Source of the DNA: an uncultured Ruficoccus sp.
GTDB taxonomy: Bacteria > Verrucomicrobiota > Verrucomicrobiia > Opitutales > Cerasicoccaceae
DNA: 64,000 nt
NCBI GenBank assembly: GCA_965140785.1
Contig: OZ223497.1
Coordinates: forward strand, 96,001 to 160,000
Reading direction: 5' to 3'
Shown: positions 29,481 through 39,086 of the stretch, in pieces
How the letters are laid out: each line of letters begins with the position of its first letter
Position numbering within the stretch: position 1 is the stretch's first letter
Made by a program: the position numbers and the translations under genes
The notes under the pieces: generated by a model
Databases searched by the model: none
Seen by the model: only the letters and a program-made list of their open reading frames with translations
Told to the model about the DNA's origin: nothing

Positions 29481-31784
29481 TCATTGTTCAGGTTGCTTAT
29501 CTTCGGACTGTTTCCGCGACTCAAAGGCTGCTTTGTCCATCAGGGAGACTTCGCCTTCGACACGCCCATCATCGAGCGGATTATCTACACGCGCCTTGAG
29601 ATCGAGGAAAAGTCTGCGGGCATCGATAACACCGCCGATCATGAACCAGACCGTTGTGACGACACCAACGATGAGTCCGGCAATGATGATGGTTATGAGA
29701 AAATACGTACTCCACCATTCTTTTGGCCAGGGGCTGATCAAATTCCAGATGAGAACTATCACGAAGCAGCCGATAAACTTGTAGACGATCATGTAGTAAA
29801 AAATGGACCATGCGATAATGCGGTCGCCCTTTGTGTGGTCCGGCGTGATGCCGATCAGCTTTTTGATCAGGTTGCGCCAGGTCCAGGGGACGGCAATGTG
29901 CTTCTCTCCATCGATGCTGTATTGACCGCGGTGCAGGAGGCGTTCGAGGTTATAAGGAGTTTTATTGGTCAGCATCGACACGCTCACGTAGGCCGAGATA
30001 CCCAGGAGTATTGCGATGAAGGACAGCTCATAGGAGTTGATCGGGAACTTTACCGCGCTCATTTCCCACTCAATGTAGGGATTGAAGGGGCTGGAGGCCC
30101 GGGTGAGGAAATTCGCCGCTGTATCGACCCATCCATGACGGTCCAGGAAGGGATAGACGGTGTTTGCCCAGTTGCGCTGCAAAAAGAGCCCAAGAATCGA
30201 AAATCCACTGCCAAATAGCAGCGAGGCATAGGCTCCGGCCGTTGTACCGAAGCGTGAATACAGCCCGCCGATCATGATCGGCCCTGCTCCTCCCAGCCAT
30301 ATCGCCGTCATGATCGTGGTGAACATGTTGATATAATCCAGGTTGACGAACAGGATGGACACGCACCAGAAGAAGACGGCGACACCAACTGTGACGAGGC
30401 GCAGGAGCAGCAGATGGCGCTTGGGACTGAGGGTGGTCTTCAGGTTGGGTAAGATAATATCCTGAACGATGATCGAGGAGGAGTTGAACAGCCGTGAATC
30501 ATCGGTCGAAAGCATCAGCATCAAGACGAGCAGGCAGAACAGACCAAGCAGACCGATGGGAAACACCTGTTTGAGTGTCACGGGCATCATCATCTGAAAA
30601 TAAAGGGTGCGGTAGCGCTGGAATTGGTAATTCGCCTCCGGCGTATCTCCAAGTGTGTCACGAACCGTATCGAAGTAGACCGTGTCGAGATTGCTTTGCT
30701 GGGACAGGGGCGGGTCCTGGCCAATAATGTGGTGCTGTTCGGGAATCGCCGCAATGCGCTCATTAAGCTCGTCGCGCTTAGCCGGGTTCGTGACGATTTT
30801 CTCCGTGATTCTTTCGGAGAGCTCGGTACGCACCTCGCGTGCCTGCCCGGCGTAATTTATATGCGTCATGGTTGTGATGACCATGATCGCGATAGCGAGG
30901 GCCATAAACGCGGAAAGCCCGGCGCGCCATGAGCCCAGCAACCCAGCCATTTTCTGTTCGTGGGGCGTGCGTGCCGACGTGGTGTCGTTGCCAATCCAGC
31001 TTGCGCGGTTAAGGATACTGCTGAAAACCTGTACGGATAATGCGAAAATGTTGAAGTCGCGCAGTTGTTCGATGTCGAAAGGGTTTATGAAGCTTTGCCC
31101 GTCCACGCGGTCCATCATCGTGGGGGAAATCTCGTTCCCCCAAGAGATGTTCAGGATGAGATAACCTGTAATAATAACAAAAACGGGATAGCTGATCAGC
31201 CCCTGAAAGCAGTCGGTCATCAGCAGGGAAACGCGCCCCCCCGGCCATATCACCATCAGCGCCATGCACAGCACAAGTGTCACCACGATCCCATAACAGG
31301 GCAAGGGAACGCCGAAAACCATGACTTCGTGCGGCAATCCCAGGTAGTAAATGAAGAAATTGGCCGCGATGGCCGGGCCAATCGCATTCGTCAGCATTTC
31401 TGAAACGGTCCGTAACGATGCTCCTACGATACGGAATCGGCGGCTATATCGCATCTCTAGAAATTGTCCGATCGATAGCGACTTGGTTTCACGGAAGCGA
31501 TACGTGCAGTAGCCGGTTAAGCCCATGAAGATACTTACCGGCATGATCAGGTAGTGCCAAAAGAAGATGCCATAGCCGGTTTGGTATTTCATCTCCGTCA
31601 GGGCGACCAGCGTGATGACGCCCATGGTCGTTGTCATGTCCCCGACGGAAAGCACATAACGTCCGGCTACACGGCCAGCAGCGAGGAAATCAACAACACC
31701 ATGAACGAATTTTCGAGAATAGAACGATAGGCCCAAAATCGAGACGGTTGGGACAATTACGATGAGCCAGTCTATGAAATGCAT
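29481..31784 (-). CDS. Sodium:solute symporter (SSS family)
   Basis: MHFIDW, DFLAAGR, QFLEMRYS, LSTDDS; many TM segments. Confidence 0.9.
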   Translation of the reverse strand: MHFIDWLIVIVPTVSILGLSFYSRKFVHGVVDFLAAGRVAGRYVLSVGDMTTTMGVITLVALTEMKYQTGYGIFFWHYLIMPVSIFMGLTGYCTYRFRETKSLSIGQFLEMRYSRRFRIVGASLRTVSEMLTNAIGPAIAANFFIYYLGLPHEVMVFGVPLPCYGIVVTLVLCMALMVIWPGGRVSLLMTDCFQGLISYPVFVIITGYLILNISWGNEISPTMMDRVDGQSFINPFDIEQLRDFNIFALSVQVFSSILNRASWIGNDTTSARTPHEQKMAGLLGSWRAGLSAFMALAIAIMVITTMTHINYAGQAREVRTELSERITEKIVTNPAKRDELNERIAAIPEQHHIIGQDPPLSQQSNLDTVYFDTVRDTLGDTPEANYQFQRYRTLYFQMMMPVTLKQVFPIGLLGLFCLLVLMLMLSTDDSRLFNSSSIIVQDIILPNLKTTLSPKRHLLLLRLVTVGVAVFFWCVSILFVNLDYINMFTTIMTAIWLGGAGPIMIGGLYSRFGTTAGAYASLLFGSGFSILGLFLQRNWANTVYPFLDRHGWVDTAANFLTRASSPFNPYIEWEMSAVKFPINSYELSFIAILLGISAYVSVSMLTNKTPYNLERLLHRGQYSIDGEKHIAVPWTWRNLIKKLIGITPDHTKGDRIIAWSIFYYMIVYKFIGCFVIVLIWNLISPWPKEWWSTYFLITIIIAGLIVGVVTTVWFMIGGVIDARRLFLDLKARVDNPLDDGRVEGEVSLMDKAAFESRKQSEDKQPEQ

Positions 31785-31845
31785 GGAAATGGGGTTGGTA
31801 GGTATTGGGGGCCATTGGGCTTACCCCTGCTATTTATGCAAGAAC

Positions 31846-31880
31846 TGTTTTCCAGAATGGATGTATTGTTCTGGAAAACA
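31846..31880. promoter_or_regulatory. Perfect 12-bp inverted repeat, candidate operator between the divergent SSS and GntR genes
   Basis: TGTTTTCCAGAA-N11-TTCTGGAAAACA. Confidence 0.6.
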
Positions 31881-32047
31881 ACTAGTGACGCATGCTTACC
31901 CATGCACTGGACTATTGGCGGCCTTTCGGGATGCGACTGCTGATCAGTCGATTGAGTATGTCTGGTGGGCTTTCCTGCGAGGGGTCGTCAGAGAAAGAGG
32001 ATTGTCATCCGAATAATTGGCTATCAATATGTGGGGCAATCGTTGGG

Positions 32048-33133
32048 ATGAAGAAACAGGACAGAATTTACGAGGAGTTGCAGCATCGGATTGTGACGGG
32101 ACACTGGCGGGTAGGGGAGCGCATTTCTACCGAGATGGAGCTATCCGAGGAGTTCCAGTGCAGCCGGACGACGATCAGCAAGGCCCTTGCCCAACTCGCT
32201 CACGAAGGCTTGGTGGAGCGCCGGGCGCGAGCCGGAACGCGGGTGCTGCGTAGTTCTACCGATACTATCCTGCCGACACTGGAGCTGAATGCCCGTGCTT
32301 TTATCTATCCGACCGACGGGCACGAAGGCATTTTTAGAACTACGTCCGGTTTTCAGCGGGCAGCAGGAGAGGCGGGGGCGCGTTCGCTCATGCTTTCAAC
32401 AGGGCCCGATTTCCGCAAAGAGGCAGAGATTCTCGGGCGACTGGCAGAGTTTAATATTCGGGGTGCCGTGCTGTTTCCAGTGATTCTCAATCCCGATGAC
32501 TACGCCTACTTCACGCAGATGATCTTGGGCTGTCACTATCCGATCGTGCTGGTGGAGACGAGTCTGCCTGGACTGCGCCGTCCGGCGGTCATGCCCGACG
32601 GGTTTCATGCGGGCTATACAATGACTAAGCATCTAATCTCTAAGGGTATTGATCGGATTGGTTTTCTGTCTAACTTCGCCTGGGCCTCGCATGCACGAGA
32701 TAAATATCTGGGCTATCGGCAAGCACTGACAGAGGCAGGAATCGCTATCGATGATCAGATTGTTCATCAGGATCAGAGGATGACACCACGGTTTGATGAC
32801 CCATTGGAAGAGCCTACCCGCATTGCGACAGAGTACCTAGCGGGTAACCCTGGGGTTCGAGCAGTCGTTTGTTCGAGTGACTATCTTGCCATGGGGTTGT
32901 CTACTGCTGCGCTTGAGCGGGGGATGAATATCCCTGATGATTTGGCCATCACGGGTATTGACGGCTATGCGCTGAGGGCATCGGGGAACGTATCGCTGAC
33001 GACTTATCGCATCCCTTATGAGAAAATTGGTCTGCGGGCTTTTGAAGTGCTTCAGCAGTTGATTGAAGGAGGTTCTTCCGTGCCGCAGGAGGTCCTCGTT
33101 CAGGGGGAGCTAGTGGTCGGGCAGAGCGCTTGA
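32048..33133 (+). CDS. GntR wHTH plus LacI-type sensor regulator (AraR-like)
   Basis: STEMELSEEFQCSRTTISKAL...GTRV; IPDDLAITGID. Confidence 0.9.
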   Translation: MKKQDRIYEELQHRIVTGHWRVGERISTEMELSEEFQCSRTTISKALAQLAHEGLVERRARAGTRVLRSSTDTILPTLELNARAFIYPTDGHEGIFRTTSGFQRAAGEAGARSLMLSTGPDFRKEAEILGRLAEFNIRGAVLFPVILNPDDYAYFTQMILGCHYPIVLVETSLPGLRRPAVMPDGFHAGYTMTKHLISKGIDRIGFLSNFAWASHARDKYLGYRQALTEAGIAIDDQIVHQDQRMTPRFDDPLEEPTRIATEYLAGNPGVRAVVCSSDYLAMGLSTAALERGMNIPDDLAITGIDGYALRASGNVSLTTYRIPYEKIGLRAFEVLQQLIEGGSSVPQEVLVQGELVVGQSA

Positions 33134-33232
33134 TCAATATTTTAGTCGGCCATTACGGATTCTATAGAAACACGTAATTAACCGCTTGATTAATTGGCCA
33201 TCAATAAGTAAATGAATGCCATAATGCGTTGC

Positions 33233-33558
33233 ATGGCCTCGATAACACAATCGTCATCGGTACTTGAACTAAACTCCCGCTTACTGGGCTGCTGGCTGGG
33301 TAAATCAATCGGTAGTACGCTTGGTCTGCCTGCTGAAGGCCGCATGGACCGGCTGCACTACTCCTTCTACGAGCCGGTGCCGACTACCCGGCCCGTCAAA
33401 CGGTTAAACTGCCCGCAGGTACGTACGAGGTGCGTCTGGTGTTAAATAAAAAAGATCCCGAGCAGGATGCGACGGTATATCTGGCCTATCCGAATTTGCA
33501 CATCGCCCCGTGGACATCTGAAGAACTGCCGAAGTTGGCGCAACTCCCAGAAGCCTGA
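33233..33558 (+). pseudogene. ADP-ribosylglycohydrolase-family gene with a large internal deletion
   Basis: GCWLGKSIGSTLGLPAEG N-terminus joined out of frame (~33370-33390) to TVKLPAGTYEVRLVL...LPEA*. Confidence 0.6.
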
Positions 33559-33598
33559 ACGGTTTCCATTAACCGCTTGTATTCAAAAAATCATTACT

Positions 33599-34687
33599 AT
33601 GTCTGATAAACTAAAAATCGGTATCCTCGGCTGTGGAAACATGGCGCAAATGGCGCACATTCCGGCCTTCAAATCGCTGGCCAACGCCGATGTCGTTGCC
33701 CTGTGTGATTTTCGTTTAAACGTTGCTCAAGCCCTCTGTGCTCGTTGGGATGTCCCCAACGCCTGCGGCAATCTTGAGGAAATGCTGGCGTTGGATATCG
33801 ACGCTGTCGCGGTTCTGACGCCTGCGCCTAGCCATTTGCGCGACATCCGACTTTCACTGGAAGCGGGCAAGCATGTGTTTACCGAAAAGCCCGCCGCCAT
33901 GTGTGTCGAGTCGGTGCGTGAGCTTCAGCAGGTGGCCCAGTCGGCAGGAAAAACCGTCAGGGTCGGCTACATGAAACGTCACGAGCAAAACATCTGCGAA
34001 TTGCTGAAGCTTCAATCCGCAGGTGACTGGGGAAAGCTGCTTTTTGTGCGCACGCATTCGTTCATCGGTAGTCACTGGGATGCCGCTGTGGGGAGTCTGG
34101 TTCGCCCGATTACCTCAGGGGAAATCCCGCCTTTCGATGCCTCAATGCTCGATCCCGGACCGGCTTGGCTGGATGCACCGCGCGACCAAGCTTTCTACAG
34201 CTTCGACAACCCATACTTTGGCCTGCTCGATACCGGCTCACACTCGGTCAATCTGCTGCGCTGCCTGACGGGAATAACGCCGAGTGTAAAAAGCGTGCGC
34301 AACAGCGGGCCGGTGCGTCTGGTGGATTTCGACTTTGGCGGGGTGCCAGGTGTGTTGGAGTTTTGCGTGAACTTCGCCATGGAGCGTTGGGACGAAGTGA
34401 CCGAGCTTTACTTTGAAAAGGCCAGTGTAACGATCAAAACGCCGCCACCGCTGGACCGGCAGACCTCCGCGCAGGTCGAGATCTACACCGAGGCCGACGG
34501 TCGCCACGAAAACCTTGTGTTGGAGAACAATCGCCGCTGGGCCTTCCAGCGACAGGCAGAGTCCTTTGTTCAGCAGGCGCTTGCCGGTGAAACTGGAACC
34601 GATCTGGAAGAGGCCGAGCAGGATGTTGCGCTGATTGAGCAAATCTACCGCCTGGAAACCGGGGCAGTCGTTCTCGCTGAATCCTGA
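33599..34687 (+). CDS. Gfo/Idh/MocA oxidoreductase
   Basis: IGILGCG, HVFTEKP, VGYMKR, DTGSH. Confidence 0.9.
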   Translation: MSDKLKIGILGCGNMAQMAHIPAFKSLANADVVALCDFRLNVAQALCARWDVPNACGNLEEMLALDIDAVAVLTPAPSHLRDIRLSLEAGKHVFTEKPAAMCVESVRELQQVAQSAGKTVRVGYMKRHEQNICELLKLQSAGDWGKLLFVRTHSFIGSHWDAAVGSLVRPITSGEIPPFDASMLDPGPAWLDAPRDQAFYSFDNPYFGLLDTGSHSVNLLRCLTGITPSVKSVRNSGPVRLVDFDFGGVPGVLEFCVNFAMERWDEVTELYFEKASVTIKTPPPLDRQTSAQVEIYTEADGRHENLVLENNRRWAFQRQAESFVQQALAGETGTDLEEAEQDVALIEQIYRLETGAVVLAES

Positions 34688-34733
34688 GTCTGTATCCATC
34701 GTTCAATACAATTATTTATTCAACGAACACTCC

Positions 34734-35735
34734 ATGAAAATCGCCCATCATCTCGGACAGTCCAAAGTTGTCATTGAAGAAGTCTCCAAACCCGTGCCCA
34801 AAGCCGGTGAGGTCTTAGTCAAGAACGTCGTCTCCGCTCTTTGCGGGAGCGAGATGAACGACTACCGCAAGGACGGGATACCCGGTGGCAACAATGGCCA
34901 CGAGGCTGCCGGTGTCGTGGCTGAACTTGGCGAGGGTGTCACCTCATTGGAGGTCGGCCAGCGCGTCGGCGTCAGTGCGATCTCCGGTTGCGGAAAGTGC
35001 GACTACTGCAAAAAGGGTCAGTACACCTGGTGCGACAATTTTAGCTTCTATGGCAACATGCATGCAGAGTATTTCGTCATCGCCGCGCATGCCTGCCACA
35101 TCATCCCGGACGGCATTCCCTGGGAAGTCGGTGTGCTTATTACCGGTGACGGGTTAGGCGTGCCTTATCATACCTCCCGCAAGATCGCCTCGCCCGAAGT
35201 CGAGACGGTGGCGGTCTTCGGGCTCGGACCGATCGGCTTGGGAAATGTCCTTGTGCAAAGCCATCTGGGCCGCCGCGTCATCGGGATCGACCTCTCGCCC
35301 GACCGCCGCGCACTCGCCGTGGACATGGGGGCGAGCGATGTCATCGCCGCCGATCAGGTCAAGGATATGCGTGAAGCCGTGGCGGAACTGACCGGCGGCA
35401 TGGGGGCGGATGTGTGCATTGAGGCGGCGGGTATTCCCGTGACCGCGCGCCAGTGTTTTGCTTGTACGCGTAAGGGCGGTATCGTTGTCTTTAACGGCGA
35501 ACAGCCGAAGCTCGAACTCTCCCCGAGCGAAGATTTTATCCGCCGCGATATTACCGCCATCGGCTCGTGGTTCTATCATTTCTGCGAGTATCCGGCCATG
35601 CGCAAGGCCTACGAAAACGGCCTGCGCGTGGACAAACTCGTCACTCACCAATATCCCTTTGATCAAGTTTCCGACGCCTACCTGGCCATGGCCAACGGCA
35701 AATCCGGGAAGGTTCTCCTAAAATATGGGCAGTGA
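34734..35735 (+). CDS. Zn-dependent alcohol/polyol dehydrogenase
   Basis: LCGSE, GHEAAG, CGKCDYC...C, GLGPIG. Confidence 0.92.
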   Translation: MKIAHHLGQSKVVIEEVSKPVPKAGEVLVKNVVSALCGSEMNDYRKDGIPGGNNGHEAAGVVAELGEGVTSLEVGQRVGVSAISGCGKCDYCKKGQYTWCDNFSFYGNMHAEYFVIAAHACHIIPDGIPWEVGVLITGDGLGVPYHTSRKIASPEVETVAVFGLGPIGLGNVLVQSHLGRRVIGIDLSPDRRALAVDMGASDVIAADQVKDMREAVAELTGGMGADVCIEAAGIPVTARQCFACTRKGGIVVFNGEQPKLELSPSEDFIRRDITAIGSWFYHFCEYPAMRKAYENGLRVDKLVTHQYPFDQVSDAYLAMANGKSGKVLLKYGQ

Positions 35736-35858
35736 GCGGATCGACGGACGAGCCGTCGTCGGCCATCATTTTATGGATGTTTGACGATAGGCATGCATAG
35801 CGTGGGTTTTGTGATGAACCGATGAGTCTTATGGCTTGTCTGTACTGTATATTGTTCT

Positions 35859-36569
35859 ATGTCCGTTTTTCATCATCGCCGATTTTCTCGGCCTGAGGTT
35901 TTGGCTTCGATCCGACCTGAATTGCTGCGGCGTTTTCTTACGCCCTATCAATCGTATTTTCACGGAGGTGGATTCGATATGAAGTGTCTGAATCATCGGG
36001 CCGGGCCAGTTGAGTTGACGCATCTGTCGGACGTACTGATGACGACAGAGTCGGGCATTCCTCCAGAGGTAGCGAATGCCCTCTACGCTGTCCACGAAGT
36101 GGCAGTAGAAGAGAACACGGAGCTTCTGGAAATGCTCGCGTCCTCGGAGGAGGTGCCTCTTGAGCCGGATTCGACGTTGCTGGAGCTTGCGCTCAGCCTG
36201 TGGATGAGCGCTCCGAAGGCGCTCAAATGGGTTCACCAGCATCAGTCCTGTGAGCGCAAGCGCTCTTTCGAGTATTTCAGTACGGCGGGAGATGCTTCGT
36301 CTGATTTTTCTCTGAGTGCGGAAGGGATTCGTCAGTTGGAGCAAAGTCTGTCCTATTACTTCAAAAAGAAGGATTGGGGCCATGGCTGTCGTATCAGTCA
36401 TCGTTCGCAGCCAAACGAGCACTGGTTCTTAGTCAGCCATGGTGAGCGCTATAAGCGACAGGCGACATGGGAAGAGGGTCGGATGGGTACAATTGGCTTC
36501 CGGCCTGAGCGGTATGACCTCATCATCTACGATGCCCTGACGTGCGGTGCATGTACCATTAATTTTTAG
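35859..36569 (+). CDS. Hypothetical protein, probably 3'-truncated by the adjacent element
   Basis: 236-aa ORF; second copy at 1-204 differs partly by synonymous changes; runs into the rve element. Confidence 0.65.
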   Translation: MSVFHHRRFSRPEVLASIRPELLRRFLTPYQSYFHGGGFDMKCLNHRAGPVELTHLSDVLMTTESGIPPEVANALYAVHEVAVEENTELLEMLASSEEVPLEPDSTLLELALSLWMSAPKALKWVHQHQSCERKRSFEYFSTAGDASSDFSLSAEGIRQLEQSLSYYFKKKDWGHGCRISHRSQPNEHWFLVSHGERYKRQATWEEGRMGTIGFRPERYDLIIYDALTCGACTINF

Positions 36570-36666
36570 AGAGAAGATTTGAAACAACAAGCTTACCTAT
36601 TACTGACCATGATGGCTGGCTGGATGAACCGTCAGCAGCAGCAAGTCATCGACTATTTGGTCGAGG

Positions 36667-36708
36667 TACCGAACTGAGGCGTAGCCTCGGTGACAAAGCG
36701 TAGCGCCC
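36667..36708 (+). repeat. 42-nt double mini-hairpin insert
   Basis: GAG G[TACCGAACTGAGGCGTAGCCTCGGTGACAAAGCGTAGCGCCC]A AAC; empty allele GAG GAA AAT at 49022-49030. Confidence 0.9.
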
Positions 36709-37456
36709 AAACCGCATTCTCCGTGAGCAACTCGACATCCATGCCAAAGGCAAGCGCATCCGTTTCAATGCGACCCAGCGCAGACGCTTGGCCGAGAAAG
36801 GCCGTTGCTTGGGACGCAAGTTGCTGATGAATATCGCGACGCTGGTGACGCCGGAGACGATCTATCGTTGGCATCGCCAATTCGTCGCAATGGCTTATGG
36901 TCCGAAGGGTAGGGATCATTCCGTTGTCCATGCTCGGCGGGCCGAGCGCAATGCGCTCATCATCAAGCTTGCAGTTGAGAACTCAGGCTGGGGATACACG
37001 CGCATTCAGGGCGTGATGCAGAATCTCGGTTATCCCAAGCTGAGCACTTCGACCATCGGGGAGGTGCTGCGAGAGGCAGGTATTCGCCCGTCGCCGGAGC
37101 GTAGCAGTCGTCTGGACTGGAAGACGTTTATCCGTGTTCATGCCGATCAACTTGCGGCTACGGATTTCTTCATGGTGCCGGTATGGACGTTGCGTGGCCT
37201 GGCCATGTATCGGGTGCATTTCGTGATCGACCTGCTGACACGCAAGGTGGAGATCACGCACATCGGTTGCCAATACTCGGGCGAATTGATGCTTCAAATT
37301 GCCCGGAACCTGACGGATGCGTTCGAGGGATTCCTGACCGGCAAGAAATACCTGCTGCACGATCGGGATACTCTCTTTACAAATGTGTTCCGCGAGTTGT
37401 TGCGCAGTAGTGGCACTATCCCTTTCAGGCTTCCTGTGTGCATGCCGATGATGAAC

Positions 37457-37493
37457 GGCGGGCGCCTACGCCAGCCCGCCCGGCTACGCCGGG
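37457..37493 (-). repeat. Double hairpin (25-nt net insert) over the third DDE acidic residue
   Basis: GGCGGGC..GCCCGCC and CCCGGC-TAC-GCCGGG; shifts the frame before FVKSIK. Confidence 0.7.
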
Positions 37494-37518
37494 TGCTTCG
37501 TTAAGTCGATCAAGCGTG

Positions 37519-37555
37519 TACCGAACCTGCGAAGCGGCGACAAAGCGAAGCGCCC
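37519..37555 (+). repeat. 37-nt double mini-hairpin insert
   Basis: CGT G[TACCGAACCTGCGAAGCGGCGACAAAGCGAAGCGCCC]A TGC. Confidence 0.88.
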
Positions 37556-38129
37556 ATGCCTGAACAAGATGATTTTCTTCAGCGAGGATGCTCTGCGGAA
37601 AGCCATCAGCGAATACGTGCTGCATTACCATCATGAGCGACCGCATCAGGGCCGCGATAACAAAATCATCGAGCCGGATGTAGAAACCTTTCGCAATCAG
37701 GGCCCGATCCGAAAAATCGCACACCTCGGAGGGCTCCTGAATCACTACTATCGCGACCCATTACCCAAAATTGAAGAAGAGGAGGGTCGGGCCGCATGAG
37801 CTTTTCCGGTAGTTACTTTTCTTCAAAAAATGCCCGAATTCGATGCTCGGGTGACTCCTTCCCCATCGACTCATATGCCCTGAATCGGCAAAATTATGGG
37901 CGTATGATTTCGTCCTCCAACCTGCAAACGAAAGGATTCTTGGCACGCGCAAGTGACTGAGCGATGCGCGTCCATGCGACTGCGTGCAACGCTACTGATT
38001 TAATTACGCCTTAACTCGAAAATGAATGAAGTTGCTGTATGCTGGTAATCAGCGACTTACGATAGGCCGTCCGCGTCCCGCCACCTCCAGGAGACAACGG
38101 ATTGCCGTTTTGAAAACGTTTGCCGCCTA

Positions 38130-38804
38130 TTACGCTTTGCGACGCTTGAAGCCAAGGATGCCCGCCAACGGGATCGCAATCAGAAGCAGCGTACTGCTGT
38201 CCGGCTCTGGAATACTCTGCGCCACGAAGTTAACAGGTGCTCCAGTTCCGGCACTCCAGGCGGCGGTGGTTCCATTGTCATTCCATTGCACCAGCGTGGT
38301 TCCGTTAGAGGATTCGGCCTGATAGAAGTTCGTCAGTGCATTAGAGACGAATGAGATGACGATGGAATAGGTCTCGTTGTCGGTGAGCGTGTAGGGCGTG
38401 GTCAGATCGAAAGTCATATAACTTTCGCTATCGTAGGTGGTGCCCGTGGCACCCGTTTCGCTGTGGAGAGAGGTGATTGGGAGCTTGGTTTCAGCGTCCG
38501 CGCTGTAGATATCGAGGCTCAATTCGGTTCCTGACGCCAGTGCAGAGGAGGCGACAAAAAACGTGATTTTATCAAGGGCCACCGTTTCGCCAGCGGTGAA
38601 AGTGATGCCGACCTGGCGAACATTGTTTGTGTAGTTGCGCAACTGAATGTTGTACTCCTCGCTGCTCACCACGGTGTTCTCGAGAAAGACATCTTCGGAG
38701 GGCAGCGTGTCAGTGTAGCTGATGTTGAGCGCATTCAGAGTGGAGGCAGCGCCCAATAGGGTCAGTGCGGTCAGAGGAACGAGATATTTGTTGGCTGTTT
38801 TCAT
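38130..38804 (-). CDS. PEP-CTERM surface protein
   Basis: Signal peptide; Thr/Ser-rich beta domain; IPEPDS, TM helix, KRRKA. Confidence 0.9.
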   Translation of the reverse strand: MKTANKYLVPLTALTLLGAASTLNALNISYTDTLPSEDVFLENTVVSSEEYNIQLRNYTNNVRQVGITFTAGETVALDKITFFVASSALASGTELSLDIYSADAETKLPITSLHSETGATGTTYDSESYMTFDLTTPYTLTDNETYSIVISFVSNALTNFYQAESSNGTTLVQWNDNGTTAAWSAGTGAPVNFVAQSIPEPDSSTLLLIAIPLAGILGFKRRKA

Positions 38805-38928
38805 ATCCGTATGTATTGCTTTGGAGTATTAGTTGGCCTGAGCCAGATTAGTTAATGGCCAAATTTCCACAGATGGTCGTTTGGCTTTGAGCGATAAAGA
38901 TTACCGAAAACTGGATTATTGCGACATG

Positions 38929-38940
38929 TTACACGTGTAG
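38929..38940. promoter_or_regulatory. ACACGTGT-type palindrome upstream of the PEP-CTERM gene (second copy at 39042-39052)
   Basis: TTACACGTGTAG. Confidence 0.6.
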
Positions 38941-39086
38941 TTTCTTTTGTCAACAGCATAAAGACATGGGTTTTGAGGATATTTATTTTAAACCACAAGA
39001 TACTGTTTTTAAGTATCTTAATAAACCGATGCGATAAAGGATTCACGTGTAATAAAATAGCGTTTTCTCGATACGAACGTCATTAT

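Larger units (their letters stand above)
36579..37799 (+). pseudogene. HTH plus integrase-core transposase interrupted by three hairpin inserts
   Basis: WMNRQQQQVIDYLVE, WGYTRIQG, AATDFF, HDRD, FVKSIKR-x-CLNKMIFF, YHHERPHQG; inserts at 36667, ~37457 and 37519. Confidence 0.88.
36540..38089 (+). mobile_element. rve/DDE (IS481/IS3-like) element, copy B
   Basis: Transposase plus a ~290-bp tail ending CCCGCCACCTCCA, shared with 49075-49184; left boundary approximate. Confidence 0.8.

Noticed and set aside
9761..35800. Shared ATGCAT-like operator (9761, 12125, 24517, 25569, 35789)
   Set aside because: Too short and degenerate to support by eye
36667..36708. Inserts as a known ribozyme or intron
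   Set aside because: No hammerhead, HDV, twister or group II terminal motifs recognisable; too short; not searched against Rfam
3297..37555. Hairpin inserts as CRISPR repeats or integron attC sites
   Set aside because: Not arrayed, no spacers, no cas or intI genes, no RYYYAAC/GTTRRRY cores
38076..38089. tRNA or tmRNA gene
   Set aside because: Only a 14-nt resemblance to a 3' end; no T-loop or upstream structure
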